From contig CAZOMV010000001.1 of the NCBI GenBank assembly GCA_964580995.1, positions 42,840 through 106,839 on the forward strand: a stretch of DNA of 64,000 nucleotides. The letters are read 5' to 3'. Origin of the DNA: an uncultured Pirellulales bacterium (lineage in GTDB: Bacteria > Planctomycetota > Phycisphaerae > Sedimentisphaerales > SM23-30). This document shows, one piece after another, positions 45,658 to 54,552 of this stretch (positions are counted from its first letter, which is position 1; each line of letters opens with the position of its first letter). The notes under the pieces are model-generated. The model had not been told where the DNA came from. It searched no databases and saw only the letters and a program-made list of their open reading frames with translations. The position numbers and the translations under genes are program-made.

Positions 45658-47141
45658 TGGCTTTTTCCTCCCCGCCTTCGCTGCTGGCGTCTTTGAGCCT
45701 CCTGGATCTGGCCATAGTCGGGTTTGCGGTGGTGCTGCTGCTGGCGATTTCCTATATTTTCGGCCGGGAAGAAAAGGACACGAATGACTTCTTTCTCGGC
45801 GGCCGGAAGGTGCCCGGCATCGTGGCCTGCCTGTCTTTCGTCGCGACCGAGATCAGCGCCCTGACCATCATCGGCTTTCCCCATACCGCCTTCAGCGAAA
45901 ACTGGCAATGGGTGCAGTTTTTTATCGGCTCCGCCCTTTCGCGGGTTGTGGTGGCCTTTTTATTCATCCCGGCCTTTTATAAATACCACTGCACCAGTAT
46001 CTATGAATTTCTGGGCCACCGTTTCGGCCGGGAGACGCAATACACCGGTTCCATCTATTTCTTCGTGACCCGGCTGCTTGCCTCCGGCGTGCGTCTGTAT
46101 GCCACCTGTCTGGGAGTGATGGTTATCATGGGCTGGTCTCTTCACTCTACCATTCTCCTGTTTACATTCGTAAGTATTCTTTTTATCGCCTTCGGGGGAA
46201 TCAAGGCGGTGGTATGGGCCGGTACCTGGCAGGCGATATTTTTTGTTCTGGCCGCCCTGGCCCTCATCATCTATCTGATAATGCACATCCACGGCGGGAT
46301 CACCGAGGCCTATCAGGTCGCCAGCCAGGCCAGCCGTTTGAGTATGTTCAATTTTCGCTTTGAGCTGAACAATCCCACCACCTTCTGGGCCGGCACCGCC
46401 AACGGCTTTTTTGTGGGTCTGACAGCCTTCGGCACCGATCAGGAAATGGTCCAGCGGCTGCTGACGGTGGAAACGCGGAAAATCAGCCAGCGGACGATTC
46501 TTTCCACCATCTTGACCGTCCTACCGGTGTACTGGATGTATCTCCTGGTCGGGACCCTGCTGTTTGTCTATTTTCAGCAGAATCCCGCCCTGCCGCTGCC
46601 GTCGGAAGAAAAGGAAATCCTGCCGTTTTTTGCCACCCATTATCTTCCCTCCGGTTTAAAGGGCCTGATCCTGGGTGCCATTATCATGGCCAGCATCGAT
46701 TCCCCCTTAAGCTCCCTGACCTCCTCTTTCGTCAGCGACATTTACCGGCCGCTCATCCGGAAAAACGCCGGCGAAAAACATTATCTGCTCATCTCCCGGC
46801 TCAGCGTGGTATGTTTCGGGGTGCTGCTGGCCGGCATCGCTTTTTTGTGTACCCCCGTGCAAAATATCCTCTGGTTTGCCTTTCAAATCCTCTCCATCAC
46901 CGGCGGCCCGATGCTGGGCGTGTTCCTTCTGGGTTTACTGACCAAAAAGAAGGTCAATCGGATCAATATTTTTACCATGCTCTTCAGCACCGCCGTAACC
47001 ATTCCGCTGTTGATCCTGATCAATAATAACCAACTGGAACTGGCCTGGAGCTGGCTGATTGTCATTGGTACCGCCCTGACTTTCCTGGGTAGTTATGTAT
47101 CCGCCCTGATGATTGAAAAAAAGACGGTGAGTAATCCATAA
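45654..47141 (+). CDS. Sodium:solute symporter (SSS) family transporter
   Basis: 495 aa with about 13 TM segments, FLGGRKVPG near the N-terminus and GTDQEMVQRLL. Translationally coupled to murQ. Confidence 0.85.
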   Translation: MMAFSSPPSLLASLSLLDLAIVGFAVVLLLAISYIFGREEKDTNDFFLGGRKVPGIVACLSFVATEISALTIIGFPHTAFSENWQWVQFFIGSALSRVVVAFLFIPAFYKYHCTSIYEFLGHRFGRETQYTGSIYFFVTRLLASGVRLYATCLGVMVIMGWSLHSTILLFTFVSILFIAFGGIKAVVWAGTWQAIFFVLAALALIIYLIMHIHGGITEAYQVASQASRLSMFNFRFELNNPTTFWAGTANGFFVGLTAFGTDQEMVQRLLTVETRKISQRTILSTILTVLPVYWMYLLVGTLLFVYFQQNPALPLPSEEKEILPFFATHYLPSGLKGLILGAIIMASIDSPLSSLTSSFVSDIYRPLIRKNAGEKHYLLISRLSVVCFGVLLAGIAFLCTPVQNILWFAFQILSITGGPMLGVFLLGLLTKKKVNRINIFTMLFSTAVTIPLLILINNNQLELAWSWLIVIGTALTFLGSYVSALMIEKKTVSNP

Positions 47142-47349
47142 CGGATAACTATTTCATTTATCACAGATTAGAGACAGGCAAAAAGGCAGGCCTTGCCTGG
47201 GGGCGAGAGCCTCTTTCTCACGCCGCGGTGCTAGCCGCACGGCAGATCGATGCGGACATTTTCCTCTTCGACGCTCCCGCTGTTCGCAGAACCGCTGCGA
47301 AGCCAAGAGACTTTCACTTATGGATCACATTTACCGGTTTGACACCTGA

Positions 47350-48018
47350 TTACCTGGTTTTCTGCATTCCGGTAGAATTTCGAAATACTCGAATGCGAGT
47401 AAATGCCAAAGAGAAGATCAGAAGTCCCATGCTGCCCGGTTCCGGAACGATGGAAACGACCAGTTTGTCCATGGCACCCTGATTCCAGCCGATATAGGTC
47501 GGTTCTCCCTGAAAACGGGAATAAAGAGAAACGGTTGCCAGATCGGTAAAACTGCTGTCAAAATAAAACGTTTGAAAATCATTGATGGGGCCGGCTCCGT
47601 CAATGATTCCATCCAGCAGAAAAGTGGCCCGGACCAGTTTGCCATCGGTTTTGGTCCCATCGAATCTTATCTGTAAGATATCTCCGGCAAAAACCGTACT
47701 GTATTCCGACAGATCCACCTGCTCCAATCGGAAAGGGGAACCATCGGTCGTAGTAAAAGTGGCGACATTACTGACATGGGCGGTACCATTGTTCGGCCGA
47801 GCGGTGGATACCTGCGGGTCAGTATGGAAGATCTTGACATAGTCGGGGAATGTCGGCTTTCAGAATATGAAACCCTTCTCCGTCCACGAATTGATGCTTT
47901 TCGATCCGCCCGGTAGCGAAGGAGGATCGAAGGTGATCGTTATTGCGCCGGCTGGATGTGACAGACCGCCGATACCGATCGTAAGAACGACTGCGAACAG
48001 AATCCGATTCATTTTCAT
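47350..48018 (-). pseudogene. PEP-CTERM-anchored secreted protein interrupted by one in-frame TGA (47862-47860)
   Basis: The signal peptide MKMNRILFAVVLTIGIGGLSHPAGA (ATG at 48018, AAGGAG SD) and the C-terminal VPEPGSMGLLIFSLAFTRIR sorting signal are in the same frame. The 44 codons between the TGA and the track's next start are open. Confidence 0.7.
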
Positions 48019-48034
48019 GTCTCCTTTGGCTGAT

Positions 48035-48080
48035 AAAAAACCCGGCGCAGAACAAGACCCTCTCGCTCTCTCACCGGGTT
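48035..48080 (-). terminator. Leader hairpin plus U-tract (attenuator-like), copy A
   Basis: In minus sense: AACCCGGTGAGAGAG-13nt-TTCTGCGCCGGGTTTTTT. It sits between the promoter (48111-48139) and the SD/ATG of the PEP-CTERM gene. Confidence 0.55.
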
Positions 48081-48110
48081 TCATTTCTCAGTAATTCCCT
48101 TTATCCGGTT

Positions 48111-48139
48111 ACTGTATCCGAAACGGAAAAGGATGTCAA
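48111..48139 (-). promoter_or_regulatory. Candidate sigma70 promoter (TTGACA-17-TACAGT)
   Basis: On the minus strand, TTGACA lies at 48139-48134 and TACAGT at 48116-48111. Confidence 0.55.
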
Positions 48140-48227
48140 GATAATTTTTTGGCCCCTTCTGCCTCGCCAGGCCGGTAACGGTGCCAAACAGCGAGAAAAA
48201 AACAGGCAAAAAAATTGAATTTACTGA

Positions 48228-48256
48228 TTGACGATTGGATCGGTTTTTGGTATTCT
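48228..48256 (+). promoter_or_regulatory. Candidate sigma70 promoter (TTGACG-17-TATTCT)
   Basis: TTGACG at 48228-48233 and TATTCT at 48251-48256. Confidence 0.5.
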
Positions 48257-48310
48257 ATTTTTAGTCTGTGGCGGGTAGTAACCACAGAGAGGATTTTCGC
48301 TTAACAACAG

Positions 48311-48356
48311 AACCCGGTGAGAGAGACAGGATGTCTTTCTGCGCCGGGTTTCTTAT
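48311..48356 (+). terminator. Leader hairpin plus U-rich tract (attenuator-like), copy B
   Basis: AACCCGGTGAGAGAG-11nt-TTCTGCGCCGGGTTTCTTAT. Both 15-nt arms are identical to copy A and the loop differs. Confidence 0.5.
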
Positions 48357-48502
48357 TTGCCCAGTGGGCAGAAGGAAGGAAAAATGAAAATCACATGAAT
48401 AATGATCTGTTTTTTACAAGTCCGAAGTTGTCTGGTCTGCTTATCTTATTTTGATTTTTGCATAAATTCTTATAGGTCGATAACGTAGAGGAGAAACTAA
48501 AT

Positions 48503-49636
48503 ATGAAATATCCAATAGTAAAGATATGCTTGCTATTCAGTTTGTTATCCGCTGATTTGTGTTATTCTTATGAGATCATCAACCTTACACAAGATTTGTC
48601 TTCCTACAATCGGAATCCAAAGTCAGACGGAAATATGGTCGCCTGGGAAACGAATTCGGGTATTTATTTCTATAATGGAAATTCCAGTCAATGCATCAGC
48701 AGCTTTTTTAGTTATTTGGGCGGCATAAGTGGCGATCATGTTGCTTTTAATAGTGGCAGTTCGTGGTCTTCTAATCCATATCACTATTACAATGGAACCA
48801 CAAGCCCATTGTTGGTTGACAGTTTGCACCATTCTCCGCCAGATGTTTGCGGGGATCTTGTTGCCTGGCAAGGAAAAGGCACTTCAGCGCAAACGGATTA
48901 TGAAGTATTAATGTTCGATGGCCAGCAGGTAAAGCAATTAACCAATGATAATTATGAGGACTTTCATGTAAGGGTAGGCGATGGGATCATCACATGGACA
49001 AAAAGAGTTCCCCAGCCCAGCGGATTTTCAAAAAGAATACTTTACAAATACGATGTCGCTTCCGATACCACGGAAGTATTAGGGGAAGGATTTCTGAAAA
49101 TTGATGGACGAACTTGTGCCTGGGGAGAAGGATCTACTATCCAAGTCAATGATGACTCAGGAACATGGCAACTTACAGAATCACCTATTCCCAGCATGCA
49201 TTTAAACATGTCGGTCATTGACATTTCTGGTTCCTATATAGCATGGGCCGAAAATAATATGTTTGACGACACTACCTCTATCAAAATTTATGATGGCCAA
49301 GAAATACATATTTTTATGGAAAATATAAATTTGGATAAGATTACAGCGTGTCGCGTTGATAATGGAAAAATAGCCTGGATTGATAACGATTCTTCCAGTT
49401 TATTCTTTCAAGATCTTGCAACCGGCTATACAGAGCTGATAGCCTCTGGAGATATGATGAGTTTAAATTTTAGTGATAACAATATTGTTTGGGAGCAACA
49501 TCAAAATAATAGATACGATATCATGATGGTGACCATCCCCGAACCCGCTACCCTTTCCCTACTTGCTTTTGGAACGATGCTGGCAACTGGAAGGAGAAGA
49601 ATCAGGATAATGAGATCCAATAACGGACTCTTGTAA
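48503..49636 (+). CDS. PEP-CTERM-anchored secreted protein (unknown beta-rich ectodomain)
   Basis: Signal peptide MKYPIVKICLLFSLLSADLCYS. C-terminal IPEPATLSLLAFGTMLATGRRR. AT-rich gene. Confidence 0.8.
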   Translation: MKYPIVKICLLFSLLSADLCYSYEIINLTQDLSSYNRNPKSDGNMVAWETNSGIYFYNGNSSQCISSFFSYLGGISGDHVAFNSGSSWSSNPYHYYNGTTSPLLVDSLHHSPPDVCGDLVAWQGKGTSAQTDYEVLMFDGQQVKQLTNDNYEDFHVRVGDGIITWTKRVPQPSGFSKRILYKYDVASDTTEVLGEGFLKIDGRTCAWGEGSTIQVNDDSGTWQLTESPIPSMHLNMSVIDISGSYIAWAENNMFDDTTSIKIYDGQEIHIFMENINLDKITACRVDNGKIAWIDNDSSSLFFQDLATGYTELIASGDMMSLNFSDNNIVWEQHQNNRYDIMMVTIPEPATLSLLAFGTMLATGRRRIRIMRSNNGLL

Positions 49637-49723
49637 TTCATAACTCGTAACTCGTAATTTCTTCCGGTAATTCATAATTTCTTCTTTCACCATGAAGGAT
49701 TCGTATTACAATAATACCTTGCT

Positions 49724-50260
49724 GTGGAAAGGTTCTTTAATATGGATCTACATACTATCTTTGAAACCAAACGACTTATTTTACGCCCCATGAATAGGAA
49801 CGATGCGAAAGACCTTTTTTCTTATTTGAATGATCCGGAAGTAATGCGATTCGAAAATTCCGGCGTTTTGACATATACACAGATAAAAACCTTTCTAGAG
49901 GAAAAACAAAAGAAGATTATGCAGGATATGCTCCCTCTTGGCACAAGAGCGGTAGTCCTTAAAGAAAGTGGAAATATGATAGGTGAATGCACCTTACATC
50001 ATCTTAAATATGTGGAGGGGCATCCTGTGGAGATTTCGTATAAAATTAACCGCCATTACTGGAATAATGGCTATGCCACGGAAGCGGCAAAATGCCTGAT
50101 GGATCACGGTTATAAGGATCTAAAAATATCTGAAATGGTAGCGGCTATTCATCCTTTAAATTTGGCCTCCATGAGAGTAGCAGAGAAATTAGGATTTACC
50201 TATACGCGTGATATTGAATGGCCCCAGCAAGGGATGGTAAGATTATATTCTTGGGAATAA
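49724..50260 (+). CDS. GNAT N-acetyltransferase (RimJ/RimL-like)
   Basis: TKRLILRPMNRNDAKDLFSY...YWNNGYATEAAK. Likely ATG at 49742. Confidence 0.8.
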   Translation: MERFFNMDLHTIFETKRLILRPMNRNDAKDLFSYLNDPEVMRFENSGVLTYTQIKTFLEEKQKKIMQDMLPLGTRAVVLKESGNMIGECTLHHLKYVEGHPVEISYKINRHYWNNGYATEAAKCLMDHGYKDLKISEMVAAIHPLNLASMRVAEKLGFTYTRDIEWPQQGMVRLYSWE

Positions 50261-50264
50261 AACG

Positions 50265-50810
50265 ATGAATCGAAACATACGAAAAAAAACAAAACAATCG
50301 GAAATTTCCGACAAGGAATGTTGTGACCTTGGCAGACAGGTGTCCGGAGTCAAAGCCGTTCGGATGGTTTCTCCTGCCGAGGTGGTAACGGCTCCCTGGG
50401 TTCGGCTGAAATGCCAGTTTGGTTGTGGAGGCTACGGCCAGTGCCTGGTCTGCCCGCCGTTTACGCCAACCCCTGACCAGATGCGTATGGTTTTGGATTC
50501 GTATCGCCGGGCGATTTTGATTCATTTCGATGCGAAAACCAGTGTGAAAGCCGCTATTGCCGATCTGGAGCGGACCATCTTCCTGCGTGGGGCCTGGAAA
50601 GCCTTTGGGCTGGGAGGGGGGCCTTGCCATTTCTGCCGGACGTGTGAACTGCAAACCAAAGAGTGCCGCCACCCGGATCAGGCCCGGCCTTCCATGGAGG
50701 CGTGCGGGATTGATGTCTTCTCCACCGTCCGGAAAGCCGGCCTGCCCATCGAAGTGATTCGAACCCGGCGGCAGTGCCCGAACTATTACGGATTGATATT
50801 GGTGGAGTAA
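50265..50810 (+). CDS. DUF2284 predicted metal-binding protein
   Basis: CQFGCGGYGQCLVCPP and a second Cys cluster CHFCRTC...C. Confidence 0.7.
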   Translation: MNRNIRKKTKQSEISDKECCDLGRQVSGVKAVRMVSPAEVVTAPWVRLKCQFGCGGYGQCLVCPPFTPTPDQMRMVLDSYRRAILIHFDAKTSVKAAIADLERTIFLRGAWKAFGLGGGPCHFCRTCELQTKECRHPDQARPSMEACGIDVFSTVRKAGLPIEVIRTRRQCPNYYGLILVE

Positions 50811-50822
50811 AATTTCAATGTA

Positions 50823-51872
50823 TTAAAACAGGGTCTCTTCGCTGTCTGTTGGCGTGATTTTGGCTTTGTGGGGATTGGCTTTCATTTTCAGGTGATGATA
50901 CGCGGCGTCGGCAGCTACCCGGCCCTGGCGGGTGCGGGTAACAAAACCGATCTGCAGCAAATACGGCTCGACGACATCTTCCAGGGTGTCCCGCTCCTCG
51001 CCCAGGGTGGCGGCCAGCGCCTCAATGCCGGCCGGGCCGCCGTGGTAGGTGGTGATCAGGCTTTTCAGAAACGCCCGGTCCAACTGATCCAGACCCAATT
51101 CGTCAATTTCTTCAATCCGCAGGGCAGCTTGTGCAGCTTCCATGGTTAGTATCTTATATTGATGTACCTGGGCGTAATCGCGGACCCGGCGGAGCAGCCG
51201 GTTGGCAATTCGAGGAGTGCCCCGGCTGCAGCGGCTGATCAGGTCGTAGGTTTCTTCTTCGCATCGGATATCCAGCAGCCGGGCGGCACGCTGCAAGCAC
51301 TGTTTCAAATGCTCCTGCGACCAGAATTCCAGATGATGCTGGATACCGAACCGGGCCCGCAGCGGTGCGGTGATCAAACCGGCACGGGTGGTGGCCCCAA
51401 TCAGGGTGAACGGCTGGAGCGGGATATTGATCGTCTTGGCGTGCATGCCGCTATCGACGGTGAAATCAACCTTGAAGTCTTCCATGGCCGGGTAAATGAA
51501 TTCTTCCACCACGGCCGGCAGCCGGTGAATTTCGTCGATAAACAGGACATCGCCGCGTTGTAAATTGGTCAGGATTCCCATCAGGTCGCCCGGTCGGATC
51601 AGGGCCGGGCCGCTGGTCGCTTTGAGATGGCTGCCCATTTCGTTGGCGATGACGTGGGCGATCGTGGTCTTGCCCAGGCCGGGCGGGCCGTGCAGCAGAA
51701 TGTGTTCGGTGGGTTCGCCTCGCTGTTTGGCGGCCTGCAGCGCGATTTGGATTTTCTCCAAAAGCTTTTCCTGGCCGATACAATCCTCGATGCTTTGTGG
51801 CCGCAGAGTCAGATCGTATCGATTTTCTTCGAAATCCTTTTCCGTGGCATCAATGATTCGTTCGCGTGCCAT
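50823..51872 (-). CDS. ruvB: Holliday junction branch-migration helicase RuvB
   Basis: LHGPPGLGKTT, DEIHRL, and full-length similarity by eye. Confidence 0.97.
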   Translation of the reverse strand: MARERIIDATEKDFEENRYDLTLRPQSIEDCIGQEKLLEKIQIALQAAKQRGEPTEHILLHGPPGLGKTTIAHVIANEMGSHLKATSGPALIRPGDLMGILTNLQRGDVLFIDEIHRLPAVVEEFIYPAMEDFKVDFTVDSGMHAKTINIPLQPFTLIGATTRAGLITAPLRARFGIQHHLEFWSQEHLKQCLQRAARLLDIRCEEETYDLISRCSRGTPRIANRLLRRVRDYAQVHQYKILTMEAAQAALRIEEIDELGLDQLDRAFLKSLITTYHGGPAGIEALAATLGEERDTLEDVVEPYLLQIGFVTRTRQGRVAADAAYHHLKMKANPHKAKITPTDSEETLF

Positions 51873-51880
51873 ATCGTTCC

Positions 51881-52516
51881 TTATCGGCCTCCGGCTTTCA
51901 GGCGATACACGGCCTGGACCAGGGCGTCCGTGGTCTTGATGGTTTCATCGGATTTGACAATTCGTCCGATGAACTCCTCTGCATCGCTGCGCCGTTCGCC
52001 CAGTTGCAGCAGGATTTCCAGGGCTTCCTGCTCAATGGCGGTCAGCGGCTTTTTCGCGGCGCCAGCGGTCGCCGAGGCGGCCAGGGCGAAATCACCCATT
52101 TTCCCTTTTAACTCCGCCACCACCTGTTCTGCTGTACGCTTGCCGATCTCCGGCAGTGTCGTCAACATTTTGGTATCGCCGTTTTCGATGCAATAGGCGA
52201 TATCCGCCAGGGGCTTGGCCAGGGCTTTCAGGGCTTTGCGAATCCCGATCCCTTTGACGGTAATGAATCGCTGAAAGAAAATTTTGTCATCCTTTTGCGG
52301 AAAGCCGATGATGCGGGGGATCAGATTGCCTCCGACACTGCTGCCTTCATAATATTCCAGGCAATAGAGCGTGATATTGCGATTGATTTTCTCCGACAGA
52401 TTGCTGACGGTGTAACCGGGCACCATGAGTTCATAGGCCAGCCCGCCTACTTCCAGCAGCACGGTGTTATGGCCGGTGTCCAGTTCAACCAGAGTGCCTG
52501 TGATTCGACCGATCAT
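51881..52516 (-). CDS. ruvA: Holliday junction DNA-binding protein RuvA
   Basis: MIGRITGTL..., HhH motifs LPEIGKRTAEQVV; operon position. Confidence 0.92.
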   Translation of the reverse strand: MIGRITGTLVELDTGHNTVLLEVGGLAYELMVPGYTVSNLSEKINRNITLYCLEYYEGSSVGGNLIPRIIGFPQKDDKIFFQRFITVKGIGIRKALKALAKPLADIAYCIENGDTKMLTTLPEIGKRTAEQVVAELKGKMGDFALAASATAGAAKKPLTAIEQEALEILLQLGERRSDAEEFIGRIVKSDETIKTTDALVQAVYRLKAGGR

Positions 52517-53007
52517 AAAGCAGCGACCTCCCGATTTTTTTCATTTAGGCAGCACATGGCTATGGCCAGGGCGTCGGCCAGGTCAGCCGGCCTGGGGATC
52601 CGCGCCAGGTGGAGCTGCGAAGTCACCGCTCGCTGGATTTGTTCCTTGCTGGCCCGGCCCTGGCCGGTAATCGATTTTTTCACCCGCGTGGCGGCATAAT
52701 CCAGCACCTCGATCCCCTGCTCGGCGGCGGCCAGCAGGAACATCCCGCGCGCATGTCCCATCAGAATCGCGGTACGCGGATGTTTATAATGGGCGTATAA
52801 TTCTTCCACAGCCATAAGTTCGGGTTGATTCTCCTGCAAAATCGACCGGATATCCTGATGGATTTGCCGTAGCCGTTTTTCCAGCGGCAGCTGGGTGTCG
52901 GCCCGGATCACACCGGCATCCAGAATTTTCACGTCGTGGCGAATCTGCTCGATAACCGCGTATCCACTTACCTGCAAGCCCGGATCAACTCCTATTACTT
53001 TCATCAT
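52513..53007 (-). CDS. ruvC: Crossover junction endodeoxyribonuclease RuvC
   Basis: VIGVDPGLQVSGYAV...AVEELY...DLADALAIA. Confidence 0.95.
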   Translation of the reverse strand: MMKVIGVDPGLQVSGYAVIEQIRHDVKILDAGVIRADTQLPLEKRLRQIHQDIRSILQENQPELMAVEELYAHYKHPRTAILMGHARGMFLLAAAEQGIEVLDYAATRVKKSITGQGRASKEQIQRAVTSQLHLARIPRPADLADALAIAMCCLNEKNREVAAL

Positions 53008-53025
53008 CCATGACCATTCTTGGGA

Positions 53026-54537
53026 TTATTCTTTATGCCAGTCCGTGCTGCCGTCGGGCCGGTCTTCCAGGACGATGTGGATCTGTTTGAGCCGGCTGCG
53101 AATCATATCGGCCAGGGCAAAATTTTTGTCTTTCCTCGCTCCCGCCCGCATTTCGATGAACAGTTCCATTAACTGACCGGACAAAATATCTCCACTCGCA
53201 ACGGATTTTTCAATCGGCTCATGGAGCAAACCCAGAATCTGCCCCAACTGAGTTATCATACGGGCGCCTTCCAGGGCCAAAGTCAGACACTCTTTGTTGG
53301 CGTGGGTTTCCAGCCGCTGCTGATCGATATACCGATTGATGGAATTGCATAATTCATAGAGAACCGCGATGGCCCCGGCCGTGTTAAAATCATCGTCCAG
53401 CGTTTCCAGATAGTGCAACTGGGCCCCGTTGATCTCATCCTTGAAGGCTTTGTCCTCGTCACTGCGGGCCAGTTCCTCCATCGCCGCCACCGAACACTTG
53501 GTGCAGTACACCTCTTCCTGGCTCAAACGGGCAACCCGCTCCAGCAGCCGGTAAATATTCGTCATGCCTTTCAGCACCGACTGGATGGCATCGTCCGAAA
53601 AATCAATCGGGCGGCGATAGTGTGTGCTCAAGAGGAAAAAGCGAATCGCCTGGGGCGGGTATTCTTCCAGCAGTTCCTTGATCGGCTTGATATTCCCCAG
53701 CGACTTGCTCATCTTCTCGTTTTTCCATTCGCCGCCGGCCGCCTTGGTCCGCACCCGCGTCAGGCCGTTATGCAGCCAGTATTTGGCGAACGGCTTGCCG
53801 GTAGCGGTGACCGACTGGGCCACTTCGTTTTCATGGTGCGGGAAGACCAGGTCCATGCCGCCCCCGTGAATGTCAAACGTCTCCCCCAGATAATGCATGC
53901 TCATGGCCGAACATTCGATATGCCAGCCGGGCCGCCCGCGCCCCCAGGGAGAGTCCCATCCGACTTCCGAGTCGCCGGCTGCCTTCCACAAGGCAAAATC
54001 GCCGGAATTGCGCTTGCCGCTCCCGGCCAGTTGCCGGGTTCCTTCCGCCTGATCCTCGCTTTTCCGGTTGGACAGGCAGCCGTAGTTGGGGCAGCGGCTG
54101 ATGTCAAAATACACATCGCCATTTACTTCATACGCCGCCCCGTTCTCGCCCAGCCGCTGGATCAATTCGATAATATGGCTGATATGTTCGGTAGCACGGG
54201 GAAAGATATCGATACTGTCCACACCCAGTTTGTCCAGGGCCTCAAAATATCCCTTGCTTACCTGCTGGGCCAGCTCATTCATGCTGATACCCAGCCGTTG
54301 CGATTCGAGGATAATTTTGTCGTCCACGTCCGTAATATTGACCACCAGCTTGACATGGTAGCCTTTGTAAACCAGGTATTTTTTCAGGGCATCGAAAATG
54401 ACCGGACCTACTGCGTGGCCGATATGGCTGTCTTTGTACACCGTCGGTCCGCAGACATAGATACCCACCTTACCTGGTTCGATCGGCTCAAAAAGTTCCT
54501 TTTGATTAGTTAATGTGTTGTATAGCCGTAAAGCCAT
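53026..54537 (-). CDS. cysS: Cysteine--tRNA ligase
   Basis: CGPTVYKDSHIGHA (HIGH), KMSKSLGN (KMSKS), WHIECSAM. Confidence 0.97.
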   Translation of the reverse strand: MALRLYNTLTNQKELFEPIEPGKVGIYVCGPTVYKDSHIGHAVGPVIFDALKKYLVYKGYHVKLVVNITDVDDKIILESQRLGISMNELAQQVSKGYFEALDKLGVDSIDIFPRATEHISHIIELIQRLGENGAAYEVNGDVYFDISRCPNYGCLSNRKSEDQAEGTRQLAGSGKRNSGDFALWKAAGDSEVGWDSPWGRGRPGWHIECSAMSMHYLGETFDIHGGGMDLVFPHHENEVAQSVTATGKPFAKYWLHNGLTRVRTKAAGGEWKNEKMSKSLGNIKPIKELLEEYPPQAIRFFLLSTHYRRPIDFSDDAIQSVLKGMTNIYRLLERVARLSQEEVYCTKCSVAAMEELARSDEDKAFKDEINGAQLHYLETLDDDFNTAGAIAVLYELCNSINRYIDQQRLETHANKECLTLALEGARMITQLGQILGLLHEPIEKSVASGDILSGQLMELFIEMRAGARKDKNFALADMIRSRLKQIHIVLEDRPDGSTDWHKE

Positions 54538-54552
54538 ATTTCAACCACCTTT

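Noticed and set aside
47860-47862. In-frame TGA of the PEP-CTERM gene as a selenocysteine or reassigned codon
   Set aside because: TGA is used as an ordinary stop by many clearly complete genes in this window (for example at 8309-8311 and 6326-6328). I saw no obvious SECIS-like hairpin right after the codon, and the context (F-*-K) is not redox-motif-like. Nonsense mutation, sequencing error or readthrough are more economical explanations.
49637-49700. Short direct repeats after the PEP-CTERM gene stop (aattcataa x2, ctcgtaa x2, tttcttc x2)
   Set aside because: These are very short AT-rich micro-repeats with no stem-loop or clear function. They were noted only as low-complexity spacer.
53413-54513. 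366-aa ORF antisense to cysS
   Set aside because: cysS, with HIGH and KMSKS motifs, occupies the opposite strand. This is a shadow ORF.
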